From contig DBRK01000006.1 of assembly GCA_002306315.1 (NCBI GenBank), positions 1-51,801 of the forward strand: a stretch of DNA of 51,801 nucleotides. The letters are read 5' to 3'. How positions within the stretch are numbered: the stretch's first letter is position 1; each line of letters begins with the position of its first letter. The notes under the pieces were generated by a model that saw only the letters and a program-made list of their open reading frames with translations, did not search any database and was not told the origin of the DNA. Origin of the DNA: Patescibacteria group bacterium UBA1370 (GTDB taxonomy: Bacteria; Patescibacteriota; Microgenomatia; UBA1400; PJMF01). The position numbers and the translations under genes were made by a program. Shown piece after piece: positions 1-9,204 of the stretch.

Positions 1-2
1 TC

Positions 3-1505
3 AACCACCTCCGCCGCATCGCGCATGAAGACAAAACCTTTAGATACTACGTCGATATTGCTTAGATCAAACTCGCCTTGGATTCTGGGTATGACTATGG
101 CCACGATGCCGGCTTGGCCGAGCGCCCGCCGGTCGGAAAGCACCACTGGACCGACGTCACCGATGCCCAGACCATCAACAATTTGCGGCCGCAAGCTGAG
201 CACATCCAAGACTTTGTAGCCGCCATCTTCGAAACCAACAATTGCGCCGTCCTCAGGAGTAAGAATCTCTTTTTCTTTGTAATCTAGTTTTTCGGCAACT
301 CTGGTCTTAAACAGCCGCCGGTGACGGTCTTGGCCACCGATCGGCATCACATACTTTGGTTTGAGTAAACCGATTAACTCCATCTGTTCCGGTTCGCTGG
401 CATGGCCGGATTGGTGCAAGTCCGGCAGAATGTCCGGATATACTACATCAATATTGTTGCGGCACAACTCATCGATTGCCCCAAAATAATTCAGTTCGTT
501 GCCGGGAATTGCATCTGCCGAGAAAACAACCTTATCTTCCTGTTTGAGCTGCAAAATCGGGTGTTCGCCATAAATCGCTCTCAGCAAAGACGAGCCCTCC
601 TGACCTTGGGCGCCAGCAACAATCAAGCAAACTTTTTCCGGCGGGAAATCATCGATATTGCGCTTGTCGATCAGCATTCCTTTGGGAATGGAGAGCATAT
701 TCAACTCGACTGCATTTTTAACATTCTGCTCAACACTGCGGCCGATGAAAGCAACCTTGCGGTTGTGACGGGTGGCTGCGTCGACCACTTGCTGAATCCG
801 GTGAATATGCGAGCTCATCAGAGTAATTACAAACTTGCCGCGGGTGTTAACCATGGTTTGTTCGATTGCCAGACCAGTAGTGGACTCGGACTTTGACCAA
901 GCCGGCCTCTCAATTCTCAAACAGTCCACCAGCATGCATAAAACATTTTCGTTGCCAAGCTGAGTAATCCGTTCCAAATCGGTGGTACGGTTGTCCACCG
1001 GGGTTGGGTCGAGTTTGAAGTCAGTACCGTGATAAATAATGCCCTCGGGTGTAGTGATAACAATGTGCTTGGTGTCGGGCACTGAGTGAGTGACAGAAAG
1101 GAACTCAAAGCTAAAGTGCTGGCTGACTTTTACCGGAGTTCGATCTTTAACCACCTGCACTGAATGCTGCAGTTTGGCGTCTCCTATCCGCTGTTCAGCA
1201 AAGGCTGCCGTCAACGCCGAGCCGTACATTGGGAAATCCGGCAAGTTGGGGAGGACATACGGGGTAGCTGCAATGTGGTCGTCATGGCCGTGAGAAAAAA
1301 TCAGGCCCACAATCCGAGCTCCCTCCTCAATCCGCTGTAGTAGGTAGGAAATATCGGGTATGAGAATATCAACACCGGGCATATAAACATCGGGAAAACC
1401 GATGCCGCAGTCCACCAACAGCATTTCGTCTTCATATTCATACAAATACATATTCTGGGTGACCTTGCCAGCGCCACCTAGGGATAAAAATTTAAGAGCC
1501 GGCAT
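3..1505 (-). CDS. rnj: Ribonuclease J (3' end runs off the window; absent from the ORF track)
   Basis: Manual translation from ATG at 1505: MPALKFLSLGGAGKVTQNMYLYE..VDCGIGFP..SHGHDDHI (MBL motif)..THSVPD..DFKLD..HQSGHA. Confidence 0.93.
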   Translation of the reverse strand, partial: MPALKFLSLGGAGKVTQNMYLYEYEDEMLLVDCGIGFPDVYMPGVDILIPDISYLLQRIEEGARIVGLIFSHGHDDHIAATPYVLPNLPDFPMYGSALTAAFAEQRIGDAKLQHSVQVVKDRTPVKVSQHFSFEFLSVTHSVPDTKHIVITTPEGIIYHGTDFKLDPTPVDNRTTDLERITQLGNENVLCMLVDCLRIERPAWSKSESTTGLAIEQTMVNTRGKFVITLMSSHIHRIQQVVDAATRHNRKVAFIGRSVEQNVKNAVELNMLSIPKGMLIDKRNIDDFPPEKVCLIVAGAQGQEGSSLLRAIYGEHPILQLKQEDKVVFSADAIPGNELNYFGAIDELCRNNIDVVYPDILPDLHQSGHASEPEQMELIGLLKPKYVMPIGGQDRHRRLFKTRVAEKLDYKEKEILTPEDGAIVGFEDGGYKVLDVLSLRPQIVDGLGIGDVGPVVLSDRRALGQAGIVAIVIPRIQGEFDLSNIDVVSKGFVFMRDAAEVV

Positions 1506-1514
1506 AAATTCCTT

Positions 1515-2327
1515 TTATTTTTTATTAATTTTTTCAAAAACTTGAATCCGAAACTCCCACCCCCGGTGTTTAAACCAATTTGCTGTTCTTTCAAAAAGAG
1601 TCTGCGCCCTCTCTGATTTGTACGCAAACAATGACAAGGACACAAAAGCAGCTAGGACAAATGAATTCCACCAATAAAAGCTGTATTGGGGCGAAAAAGG
1701 AATATCAAACACAAAATAGCTGGTTACATTCATTAAAAATAAAATACCAGCTGCCAGTTTCATCACTCGCATGTAATTTGCACTTTCCTGCTTGGGGTCC
1801 GAAAGCCACATGCCCAGAAAAAACAAGATGCCACCTATAATTCCAGACCCAACTATCGGTAGTAAGTATTTTCTAGAAATTTCTATGTCCATGGGAAAGG
1901 CCAAGTTAATCAATGCCAAAATGTTCAGCAGCAGTAGGCCACCCAGATGCATAACCAAATGAGTCAACCAAAGATGAAAATACTCTGAATGATGAAAAAT
2001 ATCATACAGGGGATCACGCTGTTTCTTTAAATTAAAGCTTTTGGTTAGCGAATGCATAACTATAAAAGCGAAAATATACAAAAACACCACGCTAAATGCA
2101 GTATCAATGATAAACATTTCTGTCTGGCTGAGGACAATTTTCAGCTCCGATTTGACCAACAAATATAGGAAGCTTTTTAACCAGATAAACAAAGCAGGTG
2201 AAAGAACAAACGCATAAAAAAATTGGACTATATCCAGGCGTAACAGCTCCCGCTTTCCATTCAGCTGATAAATAAACATTGAGCTAGCTGTAGCGAGCAG
2301 GGGTATCAAAAATAAAGTAATTAACAT
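1515..2327 (-). CDS. Multi-pass membrane protein of unknown function
   Basis: 270-aa ORF with about 7 hydrophobic segments; TATAAT and AGGAGG directly upstream. Confidence 0.75.
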   Translation of the reverse strand: MLITLFLIPLLATASSMFIYQLNGKRELLRLDIVQFFYAFVLSPALFIWLKSFLYLLVKSELKIVLSQTEMFIIDTAFSVVFLYIFAFIVMHSLTKSFNLKKQRDPLYDIFHHSEYFHLWLTHLVMHLGGLLLLNILALINLAFPMDIEISRKYLLPIVGSGIIGGILFFLGMWLSDPKQESANYMRVMKLAAGILFLMNVTSYFVFDIPFSPQYSFYWWNSFVLAAFVSLSLFAYKSERAQTLFERTANWFKHRGWEFRIQVFEKINKK

Positions 2328-2353
2328 AACCTCCTATTATAACAGCGGAGAGC

Positions 2354-2980
2354 TTAAAATAACGCATCCCTGACTTCTTCCTCAAGCTGCAGGTCCAGAT
2401 GGTGATCTTTTATCCAAGCTACAGCTTTGGGAATTTTTTCAAAATCTTTGATGAATGCATTTTTCACCTGAGTTGACCTGAGCCCAGCTGCCGGATGGTA
2501 CATAGGCAGCACAAATCTCTTCCGGCCATTCCAGCCAACCTTGTGCAGCCGGCCATGAACCTGGGAAATCCTGGCGTCCGGCAGGAACTTTGCCATGCTA
2601 AACCGCCCGAGTGTCACAATCAACACCGGATCGATAAGATTTATTTCCTCATCGAGATAAGGTTTATAGGCGGAAATTTCTGCTGGTACAGGGTCACGGT
2701 TGTCCGGAGGACGGGCTTTGATGATGTTGCTGATGTAGACCGTCTCGTCACTAATGCCCACTTGCCGCAGTGTTTCCCGAAAAAACATACCTGACCTACC
2801 TACAAACGGCCGGCGTTGGACAGACTCGTGGTAGCCAGGCGCCTCGCCGATAAACATGATTTCCGCGGTGATGGGGCCTTCGCCAGGCACGATAGCGGCC
2901 GGCGTGCCGGCTAGAGGCAGCCTGGCGGAGGCAGCCTGCAATTTTTTATTCAGCGCCTTGAGATCATCCTGAGTGCTCAT
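2354..2980 (-). CDS. Uracil-DNA glycosylase, family 4-like (cysteine-free)
   Basis: GEAPG, PFVGRSG, RPPxNRDP, TLGRFS and YHPAA motifs. Confidence 0.9.
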   Translation of the reverse strand: MSTQDDLKALNKKLQAASARLPLAGTPAAIVPGEGPITAEIMFIGEAPGYHESVQRRPFVGRSGMFFRETLRQVGISDETVYISNIIKARPPDNRDPVPAEISAYKPYLDEEINLIDPVLIVTLGRFSMAKFLPDARISQVHGRLHKVGWNGRKRFVLPMYHPAAGLRSTQVKNAFIKDFEKIPKAVAWIKDHHLDLQLEEEVRDALF

Positions 2981-3051
2981 AACCGCAGTATACCTGAAAA
3001 TTATTCGCTGATACCAGGAGAACAGCTATTTGAACGAAATTAATAAATAAT

Positions 3052-4110
3052 TTAATAAGTAGGCAGGAAAATCTTCCGGTTTTCCTGGGTGATAACGACT
3101 TGGTCAAAACCGCGCTCGACGATAATCCTGGCTGCCTTGCGGACCGCGCCTTCCAAGGTTCGCTGCAGGGTACGAATTCCGGCATCGTAACCAAGCGGCC
3201 GAGTGACTACTGGCCAAACATCGTCCTTGATTACAAACTGCTCCGGTTTCAATCCTGCCTTGCTGAGCAGCTCCGGCAGGATATATTTTTGGGCAATGAC
3301 GATCTTTTCTTCATCTGTGTAGGACGGCATGGTGATTTTTTCCACGCGGTCCAAGACGGCGGTGGCGATGTCGGTGGTGTTGTTGGCAGTTGCCAGGAAG
3401 ATGGCATGCGATAAATCCACTGGGAAATCAATGTAATTGTCTCGGAAAGCGTGATTCTGTTTGGGATCTAACAACTCCACCAAAACACCCATGACATCAC
3501 GGTTGCTTTCCTTAGCAATCCGGTCAATTTCATCAAGCAGAATTACTGGATTGCGGACACCGGCCTCACAGATACCTTTAATGACCCTGCCCGGCTCCGC
3601 ACCGAGAATCAGCCGTGATTCACCTCGGAGTTCTTCTGCAGACCCCATACCGCCAAAAGGAATTCTCACCATTTGCCGCCCCAAAGCCTCAGCCAATGAA
3701 TAGGCAAAGGTCGTTTTGCCAGTACCCACCAGACCAACTAACAGCAAAATCGGAGCCCGGAAAGGTTCTTCAGAATATTGCTGCTGGCGCAGCTTCAGGA
3801 CTGATATATATTCAAGAAACCGGTCTTTGACCTCACGCAAACCATAGTGGTGCCGCTCAAAGACTTCTTTAGCCCTCTCGATATCGAGGGTGTCTTGGCT
3901 TTCTTTTTCCCAGGGAATTTTTAATACCCATTGAATATATTTGGAAACCTTTTCGTACTTTTCATCATAACTGCCCAAAGCCACGCTTCGCTCCAGAGCC
4001 ACAATATCCTTGCCAACCTTGAGACGCATTTCCTCGGGCATGGCAGCGGACTGCACTTGGTCCTTAAGCTGCTGAATCTCTTGCTGAAGTACTTGTTGGT
4101 AATCAGACAT
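3052..4110 (-). CDS. Lon-type AAA+ ATPase lacking the N-domain and the protease domain
   Basis: HYGLREVKDR, Walker A GLVGTGKT, Walker B ILLDEID, LLDPKQN..F.DNYIDFPVDLS; ends at 352 aa before any Ser-Lys protease domain. Confidence 0.85.
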   Translation of the reverse strand: MSDYQQVLQQEIQQLKDQVQSAAMPEEMRLKVGKDIVALERSVALGSYDEKYEKVSKYIQWVLKIPWEKESQDTLDIERAKEVFERHHYGLREVKDRFLEYISVLKLRQQQYSEEPFRAPILLLVGLVGTGKTTFAYSLAEALGRQMVRIPFGGMGSAEELRGESRLILGAEPGRVIKGICEAGVRNPVILLDEIDRIAKESNRDVMGVLVELLDPKQNHAFRDNYIDFPVDLSHAIFLATANNTTDIATAVLDRVEKITMPSYTDEEKIVIAQKYILPELLSKAGLKPEQFVIKDDVWPVVTRPLGYDAGIRTLQRTLEGAVRKAARIIVERGFDQVVITQENRKIFLPTY

Positions 4111-4164
4111 GCTGTCCTAAACAATAATCCGGGTTATGCTGAAATCAGGTCAGGCAATTGCCTG

Positions 4165-4677
4165 TCACCGATCCTTAAATAAAGCTCGGCTGGAGATGCC
4201 GGCCAGCAGCATCAATGCCCCACCGCCCAGATACAAGAACAAATCAGCGGAACCTGTCTGCGGTAATGAATCAGGCAGGTCGACAGAGCTGGTGGCCACA
4301 CCGCCTTTGGATGTGGTTGTGGCTGCATCTGTTGAGGCAGCAGCAATATTCAAGGTAAATTGAATGCTCTCAGTACCGGAGGCGATGGTGATTGGATAAG
4401 CTCCATCGGCAGTCATGGTAGTGGGTTGATAAGACCAGGCGCCAGTGGTAGCGGAAGTGGTAGTAGCAGCAGCTCCTTGAATGGTGACAGTGACGGTGCT
4501 TGATGGTGAAGCATTGCCTGTCAGTAGCGGGTTAGGACCATAATAAGTCCAGGTAGAAAAAGTCCTGCCGGCAACATCGCTGACTCCAATTTTATCGAGT
4601 GTCAGGGTGGCCGCATGTACCTGTTGGACTACGAAAAACAAAAAGAAACCAGCGAGGATGGGCAGGATTTGTTTCAT
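4165..4677 (-). CDS. Secreted Thr-rich (Ig-like) protein with LPxTG sorting signal
   Basis: Signal peptide ending VHA, beta-rich core, C-terminal LPQTG + hydrophobic helix + basic tail (RALFKDR). Confidence 0.75.
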   Translation of the reverse strand: MKQILPILAGFFLFFVVQQVHAATLTLDKIGVSDVAGRTFSTWTYYGPNPLLTGNASPSSTVTVTIQGAAATTTSATTGAWSYQPTTMTADGAYPITIASGTESIQFTLNIAAASTDAATTTSKGGVATSSVDLPDSLPQTGSADLFLYLGGGALMLLAGISSRALFKDR

Positions 4678-5600
4678 AACGGTGCTATCTCCATGTGTTT
4701 TTTTCTTAATAAACCCGTTTTGGCGCCAACATGCTTGATTACTGATTGGGCATTTTGCACACCCCAGCGAACGGCCGTATCAGGGTCTTTATCATATAGT
4801 ACAGCAGAAACGTACCCGACTGCAAATGCATCCCCAGCACCAGTGTCATCTACGGACTGAGAACGCAGGGATTGGAAAGGCTTGCGCTCGCCCTGAATGA
4901 TAGTTTCGCCGCCACGCTCGCCGTCTGTAATCACTATTTGCGGGATGCTGTTAATAAGCTCCTGATGCCGGTCATCCAGGACTGTCCACTCCTCTTTGTT
5001 TACGATTAATATCTCAGCGGGAATACCGTGCACTGGCAGCTCGCCGCTGGCTACCATTTCCAGCTCAGCCATTCCCGGATTCCAGGAAAGTTGGCATTTG
5101 CTATCCTTAATCACCTCAAAGATCTTCCGAATAGTTTTTCTGCGGCCGGCAATGCTCGACAAGTGCACCCACTTGACCCGGCTTAACTTCTCTTCAGGAA
5201 TGTCGTGGGGATCGAGCATAGAAGCAGCGCCTCGATGGACCAATACCGTCCGGCCGCCGTTCTGACTCACCATGATAATGGAACCGCCGGTTTGTTCTCT
5301 TTTCTCAGAGACGACCATACTGGTTGAAACAAACTCTTTATGCAGGTCTTCAATAATCACCTGCGACCAGGCATCCTTACCGGTCTCGGTGATGACGCCG
5401 GCATCGAAACCCATTCTGGCAAACCCAACAGCTGTGTTGCCACCGCCTCCGCCGGTATGTAAGTAGAAGTTGTCTACATCTATCTTGTCCCCAAACTTGT
5501 GGCAGAGCAGGACACCTTCGTTGCCCTGACGAAAGGAAAATTCGTCGGAATAAACGTAAATATCAATTAGTGCTGAACCAATGCTGACGACATCAAGCAT
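4674..5600 (-). CDS. PfkB-family carbohydrate kinase
   Basis: GGGGGNTAVGFARMG and DDTGAGDAFAVG signatures. Confidence 0.92.
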   Translation of the reverse strand: MLDVVSIGSALIDIYVYSDEFSFRQGNEGVLLCHKFGDKIDVDNFYLHTGGGGGNTAVGFARMGFDAGVITETGKDAWSQVIIEDLHKEFVSTSMVVSEKREQTGGSIIMVSQNGGRTVLVHRGAASMLDPHDIPEEKLSRVKWVHLSSIAGRRKTIRKIFEVIKDSKCQLSWNPGMAELEMVASGELPVHGIPAEILIVNKEEWTVLDDRHQELINSIPQIVITDGERGGETIIQGERKPFQSLRSQSVDDTGAGDAFAVGYVSAVLYDKDPDTAVRWGVQNAQSVIKHVGAKTGLLRKKHMEIAPL

Positions 5601-6261
5601 TTTGGTGCACCTCCTCCTGGTGGGTATCTTTGCCGGCCATGGGTTTGCCTGCTTCTATACGGCTCCGGAGTTCTGCTTCAAATTCCTCCAGAGCCTGCAT
5701 TAACTCTTCTTCATTTTTCACTATCCTGTAAACCCTCTCTTCTTTTTCACCAATAAAGAAATTATCCTTTATAACCCGCATGACATTGTTCCAGAACTCT
5801 CCATAAAGGATGAGGGGCTTGTGTTTGCCATAATAAAGATGCGCCAACAACCAAGCAGTGGCCCACTCGCTCAAAGTGCCAGTGCCGCCCTGAAAACAGA
5901 CAAAAGCATCGGCATTGTCCATCAAGCCGAACATCCGCTCAATATAATTGGCAGTGATGATTTCCCGATCGCCTTTGTTATCAACAAACCTGCCTTCGAA
6001 TTCGGGAGCGTCATCGGGATAAAAAGTAACCACGATGGTGCTTCCACCGGCTGATTGGGCGCCTTTGGTGGCTGCATCCATGACACCAGGCCCACCACCA
6101 TCGACAATGATTTTGTCGTGATAAGCCAGGGTTCGAGCTACATTGAAAACATCTCGGTATAAAGGATGTTCAGGGTCAACATCAGCACTGCCGAAGATGG
6201 CGATTCGCTTGAGTTGAGGTTGCTCCTTGGGTGAGGGAATAGGAATTTGGGTTTTGATCAT
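5593..6261 (-). CDS. LOG-family (lysine decarboxylase-like) phosphoribohydrolase
   Basis: IAIFGSA, GGGPGVMDA and GGTGTLSE (PGGxGTxxE-like). Confidence 0.88.
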   Translation of the reverse strand: MIKTQIPIPSPKEQPQLKRIAIFGSADVDPEHPLYRDVFNVARTLAYHDKIIVDGGGPGVMDAATKGAQSAGGSTIVVTFYPDDAPEFEGRFVDNKGDREIITANYIERMFGLMDNADAFVCFQGGTGTLSEWATAWLLAHLYYGKHKPLILYGEFWNNVMRVIKDNFFIGEKEERVYRIVKNEEELMQALEEFEAELRSRIEAGKPMAGKDTHQEEVHQNA

Positions 6262-6938
6262 GAGTGACGTTCTTTCATTTTTTCTTGATACTCGGCAAAT
6301 CTGTCCACCGTGATATCAGCTTGCCACAAACCACTGCCGACGCTGATACTGTCTGCGCCGGCGGCTTTGATGGCCGGGATGTTTTCCAGTTTCACCCCAC
6401 CATCCACAATCAACTCGACTAAATGATCGTGGCTCTTGATATACTCCGAAGCCTCCTTAATTTTTTCTAAAACACTGAAAGCGAATCCCTGATTTTGAAA
6501 TCCCACCTGGTCAATTCCCATCAGTTGCAAAACTCCTAAAAAATCCCAGCTGTCTTTATCGATGACAGAAAGCGGCGTGAACAAGTTTAGGCACAAACCC
6601 GGAATCCAGTGCTGCTTGGCCACCTCTTCTAAAAAATGCGCCTGCGAGCTCATCTGTTCTACCTGGCCGATAATTGCCCGGATTGGCAATTCATCCCGGT
6701 AATCAATGGCTTCATAGACCACGTCCACCGGCTCACTCACCATGAGGTGCAAATCTATTTGTTTATCGCCAAAATCAAACTGCCCCAAATCAGCTGGTGT
6801 CAGCGTCACATTGTCGGCAAAAAAACCATCGATTATATCAATTTGCACCACCTCAGCAGCGCTGATATTGGCGATGCTGGCCAATTGATCTTTAACTACT
6901 TCAGGATCGTCGGACAAAATTGCTGGATAAATATTCAT
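6258..6938 (-). CDS. rpe: Ribulose-phosphate 3-epimerase
   Basis: IYPAIL, QIDIIDG.F, DLHLMV, VDGGV, SVGS; near rpiB. Confidence 0.85.
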   Translation of the reverse strand: MNIYPAILSDDPEVVKDQLASIANISAAEVVQIDIIDGFFADNVTLTPADLGQFDFGDKQIDLHLMVSEPVDVVYEAIDYRDELPIRAIIGQVEQMSSQAHFLEEVAKQHWIPGLCLNLFTPLSVIDKDSWDFLGVLQLMGIDQVGFQNQGFAFSVLEKIKEASEYIKSHDHLVELIVDGGVKLENIPAIKAAGADSISVGSGLWQADITVDRFAEYQEKMKERHS

Positions 6939-6968
6939 TGCTTCTCCAAGGCTTGAATTCCGAGTTGT

Positions 6969-7232
6969 TTAGAGCTGTTTTTCAAACTCTTTAACTTTTT
7001 GCAAACGCTTCAGATTTCCCAACCCCATAAAAATCGTAAAACCAATAGCAAAAACCGCAATGGCGCTCCCAACCACGGTCATAATAATATACGGCGTGAT
7101 AGAGGCAAACAGCAACAGCACCATAGCCAGCAAGCTGAAAGCGCAAGCTTCCAGGGCATAAATCATTTTGTCTTTGCGCAGCTGGTCAATTTTGAATTGC
7201 AAATCCTGTAAATTAGCAGAGCCTGTTGTCAT
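6969..7232 (-). CDS. Small two-TM membrane protein
   Basis: 87 aa with two hydrophobic helices; AGGAGG SD upstream. Confidence 0.7.
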   Translation of the reverse strand: MTTGSANLQDLQFKIDQLRKDKMIYALEACAFSLLAMVLLLFASITPYIIMTVVGSAIAVFAIGFTIFMGLGNLKRLQKVKEFEKQL

Positions 7233-7256
7233 ATTCCTCCTAAATTTATTCGCAAA

Positions 7257-7787
7257 CTAAGCTATTTCCGACCGTCTGTGCTGTTCATATTCTCTTATCT
7301 GGGCTAAGCGTCGTCCATGGCGCTCTGCGCCAGAAAAAGGGGTGGTGAGAAAGGTTTTGATAATCGTTTCAGCTTGGTTGTCGCTCAGCCAATCGCCAGC
7401 CAAGCTGCCAACATTGGCGTCATTGTCTGTGCGGGCGTGGCGAGCGGCTTCGGTTGTCGGCAGCTCAACTGCCCGGATACCCATAATTTTGTTGGCAGCG
7501 ATTGCCATGCCGCCGCCGGACCGACAAAACAGCAAACCGATCGCTGGTGGCGGTTGTGTACCGCCAGCCTGGAACTCGCTCCCGGCGGCGGCGACTTTCT
7601 CCGCCACCGCAAAGGCATACCGGGTGTAATCATCCTCAGGGTCGAGGGTTAGTGCCCCCACATCTTCATAGTTATATCCCCAATTCTCAAGCCAGGTTTT
7701 GGCTTTTTCCTTGAGTGTAAAACCACCATGGTCGGCGCCGAGAATAATGGTAGGCTTGTATGCTGCTGGGTCGCTGGTTTCAGTCAT
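7257..7787 (-). CDS. rpiB: Ribose-5-phosphate isomerase B
   Basis: GADHGG, DDY, CRSGGGMAIAANK, DNDANV, RHGRR. Confidence 0.92.
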   Translation of the reverse strand: MTETSDPAAYKPTIILGADHGGFTLKEKAKTWLENWGYNYEDVGALTLDPEDDYTRYAFAVAEKVAAAGSEFQAGGTQPPPAIGLLFCRSGGGMAIAANKIMGIRAVELPTTEAARHARTDNDANVGSLAGDWLSDNQAETIIKTFLTTPFSGAERHGRRLAQIREYEQHRRSEIA

Positions 7788-7789
7788 AT

Positions 7790-8134
7790 TTAAAATCCTA
7801 ATTCCGCCTTAGCTTCCTCGCTCATCATGTCCGGCAACCAAGGAGGGTCAAAGGTCAACTCCACAGTCACATCCTGTATCGGGTCCAGACCCTCAATTTC
7901 TGCGAAAGCATCTTTCACCAGTGTATCAAATACGCCCGCCAGGGGACAACCGGGAGTAGTCAAGGTCATCAGCACATGAATCCGCTGCCTTCGGCCTCCC
8001 GGTGTTTCTACTTCACCAATGCTGACATCATAAATCAATCCCAGGCTAACGAGATCTACCCCCAATTCGGGATCCATAACTTTTCGCAAAAGTTCGTATG
8101 CTTTTGCTTCGGTGACTTTTTCGGCTGCATCCAT
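7790..8134 (-). CDS. DUF59/SufT Fe-S cluster assembly factor
   Basis: DPELGVDLVSLGLIY, TLTTPGCP, PPW; start placed at ATG 8134, 6 nt below a TACAAT box. Confidence 0.88.
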   Translation of the reverse strand: MDAAEKVTEAKAYELLRKVMDPELGVDLVSLGLIYDVSIGEVETPGGRRQRIHVLMTLTTPGCPLAGVFDTLVKDAFAEIEGLDPIQDVTVELTFDPPWLPDMMSEEAKAELGF

Positions 8135-8153
8135 AAGCTTATTGTACCCCAGC

Positions 8154-8181
8154 AAAAACCTCCGCCAGAGCGGAGGTTTTT
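8154..8181. terminator. Intrinsic terminator (symmetric) after the small basic protein
   Basis: AAAAACCTCCGC-CAGA-GCGGAGGTTTTT. Confidence 0.88.
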
Positions 8182-8202
8182 AATGCACATTCAAAAAAGA
8201 GA

Positions 8203-8418
8203 TTATTTGGATCTCTTGAGAACAGGCATGTTGGTGCGTTTGGTTTCCATCACCTCATAGCCTGCAGGAACGGAAGCAAGTGCACCATCGCGAACATCGC
8301 GAGCAAAATAGTAAATTCTCTGCACACGACCATTCTTGAGGGTTACCTCTTTGGTGTGGAGGTAATAAGTTTGGCCTTTGGCATTTGTGTATGAGTATGC
8401 TTTAGAAGCATCTGCCAT
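8203..8418 (-). CDS. Small basic, aromatic-rich hypothetical protein (71 aa)
   Basis: MADASKAYSYTNAKGQTYYLH...; AAAGGAGAG SD before ATG 8418; own terminator. Confidence 0.8.
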   Translation of the reverse strand: MADASKAYSYTNAKGQTYYLHTKEVTLKNGRVQRIYYFARDVRDGALASVPAGYEVMETKRTNMPVLKRSK

Positions 8419-8590
8419 ATCTCTCCTTTTTTCCTGGTACGCCAGGCTATTTTTATTTACTACTTTATACGAAAACTGCCTCTGGTGTGCTGTAATATTA
8501 TTTGATGCACTGGGCAATTTTTGTATGCTATTTAAGCTTATCACACTCGGCGTAGACCTCAAGAAGCAAACCGAGGATGATAATTACTGG

Positions 8591-9175
8591 TTATTCGGAC
8601 GCTCCTTCCGCCGGTTCCTCCAAAGCTCCAGTAGTACCAGCTTCCAGGATACCCCGCAACAGAATTCTGCCTGGAGCATCTGTGCCTCCTCTGGTGACCA
8701 GAACCTCTATGGGCAGCTCTTCATTAGGAAGCGAAGCTGTGCCAAGGTACCCACCTTTTCGGGAAGTCAGTGTGAAAGCATGCCGAATATCTTCACCGCC
8801 AGTTTTTCGGAGAAAAACCTGATAAGGTTCTTCAGACATCGGCAAAGTGGCAATGACGCTGAACCGAGTCCTGCCGGCCACCTCTTCATAGCGGATCACG
8901 CCTTCTGCCAGCTGCGGTTCGGTAACATCAGCTCCCTCACCTTCCTGGCCTAACTCGGTCTCTGTTACTACCGGCTGAAGCTCGACTGTCTGCAAATCAT
9001 CCGAACCGCCCAGGGTCTCCCGCAGTTCTTCCTCTGATAGGTTTTCAATCTGAATACCCTCACCAAAAAGATCTTCTTGTACTTGCGAGGTTCGCTGATT
9101 GTACCAGCGGAAAACCAGGAAAAAGATGACGCTGAGGATGATCAGCGGCAGTAAGTATGGCGTATATTTTTTCAT
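8591..9175 (-). CDS. Membrane-anchored acidic hypothetical protein
   Basis: N-terminal TM helix, acidic linker, beta-rich C-terminal domain. Confidence 0.7.
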   Translation of the reverse strand: MKKYTPYLLPLIILSVIFFLVFRWYNQRTSQVQEDLFGEGIQIENLSEEELRETLGGSDDLQTVELQPVVTETELGQEGEGADVTEPQLAEGVIRYEEVAGRTRFSVIATLPMSEEPYQVFLRKTGGEDIRHAFTLTSRKGGYLGTASLPNEELPIEVLVTRGGTDAPGRILLRGILEAGTTGALEEPAEGASE

Positions 9176-9204
9176 CTGTGCCCCTTGTAGCTCATATACT
9201 ATTG

